A stretch of DNA of 64,000 bases from the NCBI GenBank assembly GCA_964626075.1, contig CAZVDD010000018.1, positions 18,189-82,188 of the forward strand, written 5' to 3'. Below are positions 1-9,303 of this stretch, piece after piece; position 1 is the stretch's first letter, and each line of letters begins with the position of its first letter. The notes under the pieces were generated by a model. It was given only the letters and a program-made list of their open reading frames with translations, searched no databases and was not told the DNA's origin. Origin of the DNA: an uncultured bacterium (GTDB lineage: Bacteria; Hydrothermota; Tepidihabitantia; Tepidihabitantales; Tepidihabitantaceae). The translations under genes and the position numbers were made by a program.

Positions 1-400
1 TTTTTGCAGTACCGGCGACAATCAAATTAGCCGCCACCTCAAGAGCAAAAAGAAAGCCGGAACAGCCCGCACTGATATCAAATGCCGCACTCCCGGCGAT
101 TCCTAACCTCTTCTGGACCCAGCACGCCGTAGCCGGATAAACGGTATCAGGAGTACTGGTTGCGACGATAATCGTATCAAGCTCGGCGGGTTTTAATCCT
201 GCCTGCGCACAAGCCCTTTCAATTGCAATTGCCACCAAGTCCGATGTCGCCGTATTCTCATCAGCAATTCGGCGTTGGCGGATTCCAGTGCGCTCAACAA
301 TCCAGGCATCGCTTGTGTCCACCATTTTTTCAAGGTCAAAATTGGTCAGAATCTTTTCCGGCAACGCGCTTCCGGTGCCGACAATCTTAATTGACTTCAT
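1..400 (-). CDS. fabH: 3-oxoacyl-ACP synthase III (FabH), N-terminal part; gene continues beyond window start
   Basis: Own translation of minus strand from ATG at 398-400: MKSIKIVGTGSALPEKILTNFDLEKMVDTSDAWIVERTGIRQRRIADEN...AFDISAGCSGFLFAL, typical FabH N-terminus with active-site Cys in CSGF motif. Not in ORF track because it runs off the window. Confidence 0.85.
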   Translation of the reverse strand, partial: MKSIKIVGTGSALPEKILTNFDLEKMVDTSDAWIVERTGIRQRRIADENTATSDLVAIAIERACAQAGLKPAELDTIIVATSTPDTVYPATACWVQKRLGIAGSAAFDISAGCSGFLFALEVAANLIVAGTAK

Positions 401-424
401 TCTGGATTTTAACGAGATTAGACA

Positions 425-499
425 TAGCCCCATGGGGATTTGAACCCCAGTCTTCTGGCTGAGAACCAGACGTCCTGGGCCGGACTAGACGATGGGGCT
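425..499 (-). tRNA. tRNA-Glu (anticodon CTC)
   Basis: Reverse complement reads AGCCCCATCGTCTAGTCCGGCCCAGGACGTCTGGTTCTCAGCCAGAAGACTGGGGTTCAAATCCCCATGGGGCTA: 7-bp acceptor stem, Glu-type D-loop (TCGTCTAG..GGCCCAGGAC), anticodon stem TCTGG/CCAGA with loop TTCTCAG (anticodon CTC), T-loop TTCAAAT. CCA is not encoded. Confidence 0.85.
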
Positions 500-548
500 A
501 ACTTTTTAATGATATCAATTGCCGAAATCAGGTCAACCAAAAATGAAA

Positions 549-1118
549 TTAACCCTGAGTTCCAACCGCCCGCTTTCCCGCCTTTTTCCGTACCCATTCG
601 CCTCGATAACGAAAACCTTTGCCATGGTAAGGGTCTGCCGGTTTTATTGCCCGCATCCGTGCTGCGGTATCGCCCACAACCTGTTTATCGATGCCAGAAA
701 CAACGATTTCAAACATCTGCTCTTTTGTATCTTCCGGGTTGGGAACCTGATTTATTTCAACCGATATTCCCGGTGGCACGACAAAATCGACCGGATGAGA
801 AAACCCACAACTGAACTGGACACCGGTCTTGGTTTTCTGGGCACGATAGCCCATTCCCCGTAACTCAACAACTTTTTGATAGCCGCTACTCACACCGACA
901 ATCATATTTCTGAGCAGCGCTCGCATCGTTCCAACATACTTGCGTTCGACTTCGGCAACGCCCTCAACCATCACCTCGCGGTTTCCGACCTTTACCTGAA
1001 CGCCAGGATAAAGCAAAAGAGTCAAAGACCCAAGTTTACCTTTAACTGTAACCTTATCGGCTTCCGGTTTTACTTCGACGCCGTCTGGTATTAACAATGG
1101 ACGATATGTCTTCGCCAT
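549..1118 (-). CDS. rplF: 50S ribosomal protein L6
   Basis: 189-aa ORF with L6-like sequence and position after S8 in the spc cluster. Confidence 0.9.
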   Translation of the reverse strand: MAKTYRPLLIPDGVEVKPEADKVTVKGKLGSLTLLLYPGVQVKVGNREVMVEGVAEVERKYVGTMRALLRNMIVGVSSGYQKVVELRGMGYRAQKTKTGVQFSCGFSHPVDFVVPPGISVEINQVPNPEDTKEQMFEIVVSGIDKQVVGDTAARMRAIKPADPYHGKGFRYRGEWVRKKAGKRAVGTQG

Positions 1119-1121
1119 AAT

Positions 1122-1511
1122 TTACCACACCTTACAGATAACTTCGCCTCCGACTTTACGGCGACGGGCTTCGCGGTCGGTTATAATACCAGCAGGTGTT
1201 GAAATTATCGCCACTCCCAGCCCACCCATCACTCGCGGTAGGTCGCGATACCCAACATAGATTCTACGGCTCTGTTTCGACACTCGTTCCAGATTACGGA
1301 TTACCGAACCACCATCGTCAAGATACTTCAAACTGATTACAATCCGTTTTTTTGTCCCCTCGCCTTCAACCCGAAAGTTGCTGATAAAACCCTCTTCAAG
1401 CAACACCCGGGCAATCTCATACTTTACCCGAGAATGGGGAACGCTTATCTCCTTAACCCGGGCAGCAATTCCGTTACGAATCTGGGTAAGGAAGTCAGAA
1501 ATCGGGTCCAA
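1122..1511 (-). CDS. rpsH: 30S ribosomal protein S8
   Basis: 129-aa ORF MDPISDFLTQIRNG..., canonical S8 N-terminus; synteny. Confidence 0.92.
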   Translation of the reverse strand: MDPISDFLTQIRNGIAARVKEISVPHSRVKYEIARVLLEEGFISNFRVEGEGTKKRIVISLKYLDDGGSVIRNLERVSKQSRRIYVGYRDLPRVMGGLGVAIISTPAGIITDREARRRKVGGEVICKVW

Positions 1512-1522
1512 TGTAATCCTCC

Positions 1523-1708
1523 TTACCAGGTTGCCTTTCGGACACCGGGTATTTCACCCCGGAGTGCCAGTTCTCGGAAACAAAGTCGACACAATCCGAA
1601 TTGACGATAATACGCCCGGGCACGAAAACAAACTTGGCATCGGTTGTGTTTCCGTACCTTAAACTTTGGCTCTCGTTGTGACTTAATAATCAAACATTTT
1701 CTTGCCAT
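1523..1708 (-). CDS. rpsZ: 30S ribosomal protein S14 type Z (zinc-binding, 61 aa)
   Basis: [61 protein letters not shown] with a CxxC...CxxC zinc motif. The upstream in-frame Met at 1726 is probably not the start. Confidence 0.88.
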   Translation of the reverse strand: MARKCLIIKSQREPKFKVRKHNRCQVCFRARAYYRQFGLCRLCFRELALRGEIPGVRKATW

Positions 1709-1709
1709 A

Positions 1710-2258
1710 TCACTTCCTTTTTGCAAACGGCATACCTAATTCTTCCAAAAGGACGCGCGCCTCATCATCATGCTGGGCGGTTGTCTGAAAAGTAATTGTC
1801 ATCCCAAACACCTTTTTAACTTTGGCAACTTCGACTTCCGGGAAAATCACCTGCTCGTTCACTCCGAGACTGTAACCGCCTCGACCATCAAAGGCATCGA
1901 GGGAAAATCCCCGGAAATCGCGAATTTTGGGTGCGGCAAGGTTAAAAAACCGGTCAATAAACTCGTACATCCGGTCACCGCGCAATGTCACCTTAACGCC
2001 CAGTGGCATACCCTCCCGGATGCGAAAAGCAGAAATTGCCTTTTTGGCATACGTCCGCACCGGTTTTTGTCCTGTAATCATCGCCAGGTCATCGGCAATT
2101 ACATCAAGGACTTTTGAATCCTGAACCGCTTCCTTGGTTGTAACATTAATCACCACTTTTAGCAGTCGGGGAACCTGATGTTTGTTCTTATAACCAAACC
2201 GGGCAATAAGTGCCGGAACTACCTTATTTAAATAATGTTCTTTAAGCCTTGGTATCAT
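1710..2258 (-). CDS. rplE: 50S ribosomal protein L5
   Basis: 182-aa ORF, L5-like; synteny. Confidence 0.9.
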   Translation of the reverse strand: MIPRLKEHYLNKVVPALIARFGYKNKHQVPRLLKVVINVTTKEAVQDSKVLDVIADDLAMITGQKPVRTYAKKAISAFRIREGMPLGVKVTLRGDRMYEFIDRFFNLAAPKIRDFRGFSLDAFDGRGGYSLGVNEQVIFPEVEVAKVKKVFGMTITFQTTAQHDDEARVLLEELGMPFAKRK

Positions 2259-2578
2259 ACATCGATAATCTCTTCACAAACTTTACAAACTCGCACCCTT
2301 CTTCCTTCATGCTCCGCTCGTTTTACCTTCGCCTTCTTACCACATTTAGGACAGATAAGAACCAGATTGGAAACATCAATCGGGTTGGGCAGGTCGACAA
2401 TTCCACCTGGCTTATCAGGTCCGCGGGTCCGCTGGTGTCGCTTTGCGAGGTTGACCCCTTCAACAATCGCCCGATAACTTTTACTTTCTTTATGCCATTC
2501 GATCCGGAGGATCTTACCACGGCGGCCCCGTTCCTCGCCAGTTATAACCTCAACAACATCACCTTTACGTAGTTGCAT
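2255..2578 (-). CDS. rplX: 50S ribosomal protein L24 with C-terminal CxxC...CxxC zinc-ribbon extension
   Basis: N-terminal KOW-type L24 sequence ([26 protein letters not shown]...). C-terminus [28 protein letters not shown] is a four-Cys ribbon. Confidence 0.88.
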   Translation of the reverse strand: MQLRKGDVVEVITGEERGRRGKILRIEWHKESKSYRAIVEGVNLAKRHQRTRGPDKPGGIVDLPNPIDVSNLVLICPKCGKKAKVKRAEHEGRRVRVCKVCEEIIDV

Positions 2579-2579
2579 A

Positions 2580-2948
2580 TTACACCACCTCAGTTGCCAG
2601 CGAAATGATTTTGGTAAACTTCCGCTCGCGCAGTTCCCTTGCTACAGGACCAAACACCCGTGTCCCCTTGGGTTCACCTTTATCGTCTATCAGGACACAG
2701 GCGTTATCGTCAAATCTTATATAAGTTCCGTCGTCCCGTCGGTACTCTTTTCTCGTGCGAATAACCACCGCTTTATACTTATCCCCGGGCTTTATCGGTC
2801 CGTTAGGCAAGGCGTCCTTAACAGTCACCAAAACCGTATCTCCCAACCAGCCGAACCGACGCTTGGAACCACCGTAAATTTTAATCACCATTGCCACCCG
2901 GGCACCAGAGTTGTCGGCAACATTAAGACGACTATATTCCTGAATCAT
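2580..2948 (-). CDS. rplN: 50S ribosomal protein L14
   Basis: [27 protein letters not shown]... canonical L14. The ORF-track start at 2969 is likely too early. Confidence 0.92.
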   Translation of the reverse strand: MIQEYSRLNVADNSGARVAMVIKIYGGSKRRFGWLGDTVLVTVKDALPNGPIKPGDKYKAVVIRTRKEYRRDDGTYIRFDDNACVLIDDKGEPKGTRVFGPVARELRERKFTKIISLATEVV

Positions 2949-3184
2949 AGTTTCTTCACCACCCGCCACCGTTTTAACTTTGACAATGGCCTTGTCTCCA
3001 TAACCATAACCCGGTCCCCTTCCTTACATTCCGCCCGTTCGTCATGTGCATACAGTTTTGTTCTCTTACGAATGTACTTTTTATATTTGGGATGCTGCAC
3101 GAGTCGTTCAGTTTCTACCACAACTGTCTTCTGCATCCTCGCTGAAATAACCGTTCCCAAAACAGTACGTCGTTCCTTACGCAT
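2945..3184 (-). CDS. rpsQ: 30S ribosomal protein S17
   Basis: 79-aa S17-like sequence; synteny. Confidence 0.9.
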   Translation of the reverse strand: MRKERRTVLGTVISARMQKTVVVETERLVQHPKYKKYIRKRTKLYAHDERAECKEGDRVMVMETRPLSKLKRWRVVKKL

Positions 3185-3386
3185 TGGTGCCGCCTTCCTT
3201 CGACTCCTTCTCCTTCAATACAGTAAGGCATCGGGCTATTTCTCGCCTTAAAACACGTAACCGGACTGGATTGGGCAACTGTTCGGTTGTCCGGCGCAGT
3301 TTCAACTTGAAGAGTTCATCGCGCAATTCTGCAACCTTTCGGGAGAGTTCTTCTTTCGACAACTCGCGCAACTCAGAAGCCTTCAT
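3177..3386 (-). CDS. rpmC: 50S ribosomal protein L29
   Basis: [31 protein letters not shown]... L29; start chosen at MKA as in E. coli. Confidence 0.85.
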   Translation of the reverse strand: MKASELRELSKEELSRKVAELRDELFKLKLRRTTEQLPNPVRLRVLRREIARCLTVLKEKESKEGGTNA

Positions 3387-3801
3387 AGGTAAACTCCTCA
3401 CGCTCGACAAGTTTAGTCCGGCAGGGCATTTTACTCGCCGCCAATTTTAAAGCCTCCAGCGCCTCCGCCTTGGGTAAACCACCCAGTTCAAAAAGAACCC
3501 GGCCCGGCTTCACTACGCAAACCCACTCCTCCGGTGTTCCTTTACCCTTACCCATTCGCGACTCAGCAGGTTTTTTAGTCACCGGCTTGTCAGGGAAAAT
3601 TCTGATCCACATTTTTCCTGTCCGCTTGAGAAATTTAGTTAGACACAATCGGGCGGCTTCAATCTGCCGGGCAGTTATCCAGGACGGCTCAAGGGCAACA
3701 AGTCCGAACTCCCCAAAATCGACGCGATTGGCGCTGGTTGCCTTCCCCTTCATTCGACCTCGCATTGCCTTGCGATACTTTACCCGTTTTGGCATCAACA
3801 T
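3373..3801 (-). CDS. rplP: 50S ribosomal protein L16
   Basis: [21 protein letters not shown]... canonical L16. Confidence 0.92.
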   Translation of the reverse strand: MLMPKRVKYRKAMRGRMKGKATSANRVDFGEFGLVALEPSWITARQIEAARLCLTKFLKRTGKMWIRIFPDKPVTKKPAESRMGKGKGTPEEWVCVVKPGRVLFELGGLPKAEALEALKLAASKMPCRTKLVEREEFTYEGF

Positions 3802-3804
3802 AGT

Positions 3805-4443
3805 TTAACTCCCCGCTCTCGGTTCAATATCACCTTTATAAATCCAGACCTTGACGCCGCAAGTTCCGGCAATTGTCTTGGCAACTTCCACCGAATAATC
3901 TACATCGGCATTTAAAGTTTGTAAGGGCACCCGCCCCTCGCGATACAATTCGCTACGGGCAATCTCCGCACCACCCAATCTCCCGCCAACCATCACCTTG
4001 ATTCCCAGTGCCCCGAGTCGCATTGCCTGTGTTACTGCCCGCTTCATCGCCCGGCGATGAGCAACTCTTTCTTCAAGCTGGCGTGCAATGTTCTGCGCAA
4101 CAAGTTTGGCCTCAAGTTCTGGAACACGAACCACTTCAACGAGAATATGCACATCCCTGCCCACGAGCCGTTTAATCTCTTCCCGGAGCGCCTCCAGCGC
4201 CTGTCGTTTGGCACCGAATACCATTCCTGGCCGCGCGGTGTGAATGGTAATGGTTGTTCGGTCGGCAACCCTTCGAATCTCAATATTGGAAACCATCGCC
4301 TCGGCTAATTTCGCCTCAATGTACCGTCGGATCTTAAAATCCTCGAGTACGTAGTCGCGGTAACGCTTTTTCTCGAACCACGCCGACTTCCAGTCTTTCG
4401 TTATTCCCAAGCGAAAACCCAATGGGTGTGTCTTCTGACCCAT
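3805..4443 (-). CDS. rpsC: 30S ribosomal protein S3
   Basis: [23 protein letters not shown]... canonical S3 N-terminus; the track's upstream start at 4503 is unlikely. Confidence 0.92.
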   Translation of the reverse strand: MGQKTHPLGFRLGITKDWKSAWFEKKRYRDYVLEDFKIRRYIEAKLAEAMVSNIEIRRVADRTTITIHTARPGMVFGAKRQALEALREEIKRLVGRDVHILVEVVRVPELEAKLVAQNIARQLEERVAHRRAMKRAVTQAMRLGALGIKVMVGGRLGGAEIARSELYREGRVPLQTLNADVDYSVEVAKTIAGTCGVKVWIYKGDIEPRAGS

Positions 4444-4444
4444 A

Positions 4445-4801
4445 CTAAGACTTCTCCTCCTTTGTTGCCACCTTGACATAAATATGGCACATACGGCGCA
4501 CAAAAACCGACGCGGTGCCTCGGGGTCCAGGCATCAGTCGCTTCATTACATTGGGACCGGGGTCAATTCTGACTTCTTTAACAATCAGGTCTTTCTCCTG
4601 CAGTCGCGCCTTCCCTGCTTTGTTAATCGCATTGGCGACAGCAGACCTGAGTGTCTTTAACAACGGCTGCTTTGATGGCTTGGCTAAAAATGTAAGCGTT
4701 GCCAGCGCGGTGGGCACATCTTTATTTCGAATCAGCTCTGCTATCCGATTCATCTTTCTTGCTGAACCACGCTGAAATCTGCTTCGAGCGATTGCTTCCA
4801 T
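4445..4801 (-). CDS. rplV: 50S ribosomal protein L22
   Basis: 118-aa L22-like sequence; synteny. Confidence 0.9.
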   Translation of the reverse strand: MEAIARSRFQRGSARKMNRIAELIRNKDVPTALATLTFLAKPSKQPLLKTLRSAVANAINKAGKARLQEKDLIVKEVRIDPGPNVMKRLMPGPRGTASVFVRRMCHIYVKVATKEEKS

Positions 4802-4804
4802 TTC

Positions 4805-5101
4805 TTAATGCTCCCGTTTCTCCTCACCCGACTTTTCCTTACGCTGTCCGGAGTGTGCCCGGAAAGTCCGGGTCGGTGCGAACTCACCTAATCGGTGCCC
4901 TACCATTCGCTCGGTGATATAAACCGGTACAAACCTATTCCCGTTGTGAATTGCAATTGTTTGCCCGACAAACTCCGGCGGGATAATGCTCCGGCGCGCA
5001 TAGGTTTTTATCACCCGTCTTTCGCCTTTTTCTACCAGCTCCTTTATGCGCCGGAACAATTTTTCATCGATATAAGGACCCTTCTTTAGCGAACGCCCCA
5101 T
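4805..5101 (-). CDS. rpsS: 30S ribosomal protein S19
   Basis: [15 protein letters not shown]... canonical S19. Confidence 0.92.
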   Translation of the reverse strand: MGRSLKKGPYIDEKLFRRIKELVEKGERRVIKTYARRSIIPPEFVGQTIAIHNGNRFVPVYITERMVGHRLGEFAPTRTFRAHSGQRKEKSGEEKREH

Positions 5102-5102
5102 C

Positions 5103-5927
5103 TTATGCCCTCCTGCGAATAATCAGTCGACTCGATTTCTTCTTCGGATTACGGGTCTTATACCCCTTGGCAATGATTCCCTTCTCAGAACAAGGGTGTC
5201 TGCCGCCAGAACTCTTGCCTTCGCCTCCACCCATCGGATGGTCAACTGGATTCATCGCTACCGCCCGGGTTCTTGGTTTCCTTCCCATATGCCGGCTCCT
5301 TCCTGCCTTGCCGATTGAAATGTCCTTGTGTTCAGGGTTAGATACTCGACCAATTGTCGCCCAGCAGCGCAAATCAAACTTGCGAATCTCGCCCGACGGC
5401 AACTTAACCACTGCCCAGCCCTCCTCTTTCGCAAGAATCTGCGCCGCCGTGCCAGCAGAACGCACCAAGAACGACCGGCTTGACGGATAAAGCTGGAGGT
5501 TGTGAATTTCCACACCAACCGGAATGTCGGAAAGGGGCATTGCATTACCGAACCTAATCGGCAGATTGTTACCAGAAGCGACCTGGTCGCCAACCTTTAA
5601 ACCTTCAGGACAAAGTATATACCGGTACTCACCATCCGCATAGCAAACCAGCGCAATTCGAGCGGAACGGTTGGGGTCATATTCAATCGAAACAACCTTA
5701 GCGGGAATACCAACTTTATCTCTTAAAAAGTCGATTAACCGATAATGTCGCTTCTCACCACCACCGCGATATTTAGCGGTAATCCTTCCTTGATTATTCC
5801 TGCCTCCGGTCTTACGCAGAGGAACCGTCAAAGGTTTGTAAGGCTCCTCCCGGGTAATTTCACTAAAATCGGAGACGGTGTAATGTCTTCTACCAGGAGT
5901 GATTGGTCGATACTCTTTAATACCCAT
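5103..5927 (-). CDS. rplB: 50S ribosomal protein L2
   Basis: [15 protein letters not shown]... canonical L2; the upstream Met at 5948 is unlikely. Confidence 0.92.
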   Translation of the reverse strand: MGIKEYRPITPGRRHYTVSDFSEITREEPYKPLTVPLRKTGGRNNQGRITAKYRGGGEKRHYRLIDFLRDKVGIPAKVVSIEYDPNRSARIALVCYADGEYRYILCPEGLKVGDQVASGNNLPIRFGNAMPLSDIPVGVEIHNLQLYPSSRSFLVRSAGTAAQILAKEEGWAVVKLPSGEIRKFDLRCWATIGRVSNPEHKDISIGKAGRSRHMGRKPRTRAVAMNPVDHPMGGGEGKSSGGRHPCSEKGIIAKGYKTRNPKKKSSRLIIRRRA

Positions 5928-5928
5928 A

Positions 5929-6216
5929 CTAATGCTCCAGCGCCTCAATCCTCTCGCCTTCTTTCAACTTAACTACCGCCTTTTTCCAGTCCGGTCGATG
6001 TCCCTCAAACATCCCCATCCGTCGCTTCTTGCCGGCAAAATTCATCACCCGCACCTCAGTCACATGTACTTTAAACATCTGCTCAACCGCCTGACGAATC
6101 TGATGCTTATTTGCATTCCGGCTCACGCGTAGCGTATAACTCCCCTCAGCCGCCTTGAGCCTTTCCGACTTTTCAGTAACAACAACACCTAAAATAATCT
6201 TAGTCGGGTCAATCAT
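5929..6216 (-). CDS. rplW: 50S ribosomal protein L23
   Basis: 95-aa L23-like sequence; synteny between L4 and L2. Confidence 0.88.
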   Translation of the reverse strand: MIDPTKIILGVVVTEKSERLKAAEGSYTLRVSRNANKHQIRQAVEQMFKVHVTEVRVMNFAGKKRRMGMFEGHRPDWKKAVVKLKEGERIEALEH

Positions 6217-6846
6217 TTAACTCCCCATTGCAACAAGAAAACTATCGAGCCCTTTCTCCGTGAAAATCAACCTCTGATGAGTTATAACTTGATAGGAGTT
6301 CAACTGTGCTGCGGGCATAACATCTAACCAAGACACATTTTTACTCGCCCGCAACAGGTTATCCGAAGCCTTATCAACGAGTAAAAGTACCTTTTCACCT
6401 TTTTCTAATGGCGCAACTATCTTTTCGATTATCTTCACCAACTCTCGGGTCTTTGGTTCTCCAAGTTGGAAGTCTTCAATTATCTTAATATTATTTGCTT
6501 TAGCACGGGTGGTAAGTGCCAGTGCCAGCGCTTGTCGCCGAACCTTTTTCGGCAACTCGTAACTGTAATCTCTTGGTTTCGGTCCCCAGGCAATACCGCC
6601 TCCTCGCCAGATTGGCGAACGCCTGGAACCATGCCGTGCCCTTCCAGTGTGCTTTTGGGGCCATGGTTTTTTCCCGGTGCCCGAAACCTCTCCGCGTGTC
6701 TTGGTCTTTGCGGTACCCTGACGCTGATTCGCTAAATAACACCGTGCCGCCTCCCAGAGCAAACTCTTTGGTCCTGGACGGTTAAACCATTCGGATGGCA
6801 ATTCCACCTGTTTCTTGACCTCTCCACTAATGGTTAGTACCTCCAC
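6217..6846 (-). CDS. rplD: 50S ribosomal protein L4
   Basis: 209-aa L4-like sequence; synteny. Confidence 0.9.
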   Translation of the reverse strand: MEVLTISGEVKKQVELPSEWFNRPGPKSLLWEAARCYLANQRQGTAKTKTRGEVSGTGKKPWPQKHTGRARHGSRRSPIWRGGGIAWGPKPRDYSYELPKKVRRQALALALTTRAKANNIKIIEDFQLGEPKTRELVKIIEKIVAPLEKGEKVLLLVDKASDNLLRASKNVSWLDVMPAAQLNSYQVITHQRLIFTEKGLDSFLVAMGS

Positions 6847-6847
6847 C

Positions 6848-7468
6848 TCATGCCCCCTTCCGGATTAAAACCCGGGTACCACGATAACCAGGAACCGCGC
6901 CCCGAACATAAATTACACCCTGTTCCGGGTCCACCTTTACCACTTTGAGGTTTTTGATTGTAACCCGCTCACAACCGTAATGTCCCGGTAAAGTGCGACC
7001 GGGCAGCGCCCTTCCTGGCGAAGAACCGGCGCCGAGTGAACCAATACGGCGGTGTGACATCGAACCGTGTGAGGCAGGACCACCGTGCCAACCCCAGCGC
7101 TTCATTCCTCCGGCGAATCCCCGACCTTTTGTCCAGCCGGTAATATTCACAAATTCGCCCGGCTTAAAGATGTCCACCTTCAACTCCTGTCCAACCTGAT
7201 AACCGTCCACGCTATCAACCCGAAACTCGCACACCTTGCCGAGCACCGGCACACCCGTTTTTTTAAACTGCCCTTGATAAGGCTTTGTCAATTGGCGCTT
7301 ACTTGGCGCACCCTGACCAACCTGAACCGCAAAATAGCCGTGCTTCTCTTTGGTTCTCAAACCAACAACAACGCATTTTCCAACCTTAACCTCGGTCACA
7401 GGTACAACCTTACCCGACTCATCGTAAATCTGGGTCATCTCCCCTTTTTCGCCTACAAGTCCAATCAT
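6848..7468 (-). CDS. rplC: 50S ribosomal protein L3
   Basis: 206-aa L3-like sequence; synteny. Confidence 0.9.
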   Translation of the reverse strand: MIGLVGEKGEMTQIYDESGKVVPVTEVKVGKCVVVGLRTKEKHGYFAVQVGQGAPSKRQLTKPYQGQFKKTGVPVLGKVCEFRVDSVDGYQVGQELKVDIFKPGEFVNITGWTKGRGFAGGMKRWGWHGGPASHGSMSHRRIGSLGAGSSPGRALPGRTLPGHYGCERVTIKNLKVVKVDPEQGVIYVRGAVPGYRGTRVLIRKGA

Positions 7469-7788
7469 GCCGACTTTATCTCCACTTCTACCCCGGCAGG
7501 TACTTCAAGTTTCATCAAGGCATCCACCATCTCGGCAGTGGCGTTCGAAATCTCAATCAGCCGTTTATGGACTCGCAACTCAAACTGCTCCCGCGACTTC
7601 TTGTCTACATGAGGTGAACGCAAAACCGTAAAAAGGGTGCGCTTGGTTGGCAGCGGAATCGGGCCTGCCACCTGTGCACCGGTCCTCTTCGCTACATCAA
7701 CAATGTCGCGTGCCGACTGGTCAAGCAGTCGGTGGTCATAGGCTTTTAACTTTATCCTTATCTTTTTTGAACTTCTTAATACACTCAT
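7465..7788 (-). CDS. rpsJ: 30S ribosomal protein S10
   Basis: ...[40 protein letters not shown]... canonical S10; first gene of the cluster. Confidence 0.92.
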   Translation of the reverse strand: MSVLRSSKKIRIKLKAYDHRLLDQSARDIVDVAKRTGAQVAGPIPLPTKRTLFTVLRSPHVDKKSREQFELRVHKRLIEISNATAEMVDALMKLEVPAGVEVEIKSA

Positions 7789-7904
7789 TTTTTAAATAAA
7801 AACTACTATCTTTTCCTTTTCTGCTTCCGAGCTTTACTTTACCGGGGTCTTTACTTATCTAACTGTGCCTAAGGGCACTCTGACCCGAGTTTCACAAACA
7901 CTGT

Positions 7905-7940
7905 CTTAAAATATACTAATTTAAAAACAGTTGTCAACAA
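7905..7940 (-). promoter_or_regulatory. Putative sigma70-type promoter of the S10 operon, followed by a leader hairpin (GTGCCTAAGGGCAC at about 7864-7877)
   Basis: Minus strand reads TTGACA-16 nt-TATATT about 120 nt upstream of the rpsJ start; a perfect 5-bp stem-loop lies in the leader. Confidence 0.45.
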
Positions 7941-8210
7941 TTTTTTTTAAACGACCGCCTATACCCTATCACCCCACCTCTTTATATTAGCTATTAGAGT
8001 GAGATTTTAATATTAAGTCAAGTTAAGTCAAGCCTATCATTGGGGACGAAACACAGTACCCCTAAACCATCCGCCAGTTTATAATAGAACCCGAAACAGA
8101 AAAAGAAAAGCCGAGATAAAACAGCGTGGTCCAAATTTGCACCGGCGGGAATTGAACGGTACCTCTTAATTTGATAGTGGAGTTGCATCTTCAGCCTAAG
8201 CGCGCCTGCT

Positions 8211-8687
8211 CTATTGGACAGGTTGAAAGAAACGTATATCGGTTATCGCACCCTCTCTTTTTGCCTTCGGTTTAAGCACTGCAACTACCCTCATCCCAAA
8301 GCAAAGCTCTTCCGACTTCACACCGCCCAGACGATGAACAAGGAAAGTTGATGCACCGTCAAGTTTAATCAACCCTACCAGTTCTGGCTGTTCGAGCCGT
8401 TTGCCATCGAGCCCAAGATAAACCACCGTCCAAGACTCAACTGTCCCGGTCGGCCCAACCGTTACCCAGTTATCAAGGTGTTCTAAACATCGTTCACAGA
8501 AAATTCTTCCCGGAACGAACACCAGCCCACATCGTTCACACTTTGTTCCTATGAACTGCCCTTTTTCTTTAAGCGTTCGGAAAAAACGCTCGCCACCTAG
8601 CCCCACCGTATAAAGGCTATCAACCGGCAACTCACCAAACCAGACCTTAGTCTGGCTAATCTTTTCATTGCGTTGTTTCAGCGCCAT
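8211..8687 (-). CDS. DUF35-type Zn-ribbon/OB-fold protein (thiolase/aldolase partner subunit), short form
   Basis: 158 aa with CERCGLVFVPGRIFCERC rubredoxin-like Zn ribbon followed by an OB-fold region; adjacent to thiolase-like genes. Confidence 0.75.
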   Translation of the reverse strand: MALKQRNEKISQTKVWFGELPVDSLYTVGLGGERFFRTLKEKGQFIGTKCERCGLVFVPGRIFCERCLEHLDNWVTVGPTGTVESWTVVYLGLDGKRLEQPELVGLIKLDGASTFLVHRLGGVKSEELCFGMRVVAVLKPKAKREGAITDIRFFQPVQ

Positions 8688-8700
8688 CTTACTCCTCCCT

Positions 8701-9300
8701 TTACACTGGCTTCCAGTAGCAGATATCGGTAATTGCCCCTTCCCGCTGCGCGGGCTCTTTCCAAACCGCCTTCACTTTCATACCAACGTACACCTTTTTG
8801 GGGTCCACCTCACCTAATAGGTGCATTATTCCCATCCCCTTTGTTGCACCATCAATCTCAATCACTGCGGGAATCTGTGGTTCTTTAATCCTTTTCATAT
8901 CCCAGGTTACATAACATAGCGAAAAAGTGTTCACTATACCTGTATCTTTGAGTTCCACCCATCCGTCGATATTACGGTAACACCATTCGCAAAAAAGCCG
9001 GGGCGGCACCATCACCCGGTGACATTTGTAACACCGCACACCCAAAATCTTTCCCTCTTTTAACCCGGCCAGATACCGACCTATTGCCACACCGGCATCC
9101 CAGCCGTACTTCGCGTCCGCCTTCCATCGTGTTGTAAGAACTTTGCCCTGCCTGAGCTCTTCGTCACTGAGACCGGTCCCCTGAAGCCCGCCTTCTAACT
9201 TTTGCTTACCGTCTTTCAGTATCTCTTGTCCGCCAACGCGACCGGGAGCAACTGGTTGGTAAATTTCCTTTCTTAGCTTTTTAACCTGTGCCATTTTCAC
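8701..9300 (-). CDS. DUF35-type Zn-ribbon/OB-fold protein with N-terminal extension, long form
   Basis: 199 aa; CYKCHRVMVPPRLFCEWC Zn ribbon plus OB region; C-terminus ends REGAITDI, paralogous to 8211-8687. Confidence 0.75.
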   Translation of the reverse strand: MKMAQVKKLRKEIYQPVAPGRVGGQEILKDGKQKLEGGLQGTGLSDEELRQGKVLTTRWKADAKYGWDAGVAIGRYLAGLKEGKILGVRCYKCHRVMVPPRLFCEWCYRNIDGWVELKDTGIVNTFSLCYVTWDMKRIKEPQIPAVIEIDGATKGMGIMHLLGEVDPKKVYVGMKVKAVWKEPAQREGAITDICYWKPV

Positions 9301-9303
9301 CTC

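Noticed and set aside
440-863. Plus-strand ORFs 440..814 and 519..863 overlapping tRNA-Glu and rplF
   Set aside because: They are antisense to a well-supported tRNA and the L6 gene and have no recognisable protein features; likely spurious.
8100-8205. tRNA-like look of ggcgggaattgaac... segment
   Set aside because: I could not form a cloverleaf on either strand (no consistent T-stem or anticodon stem), so it is not called as tRNA.
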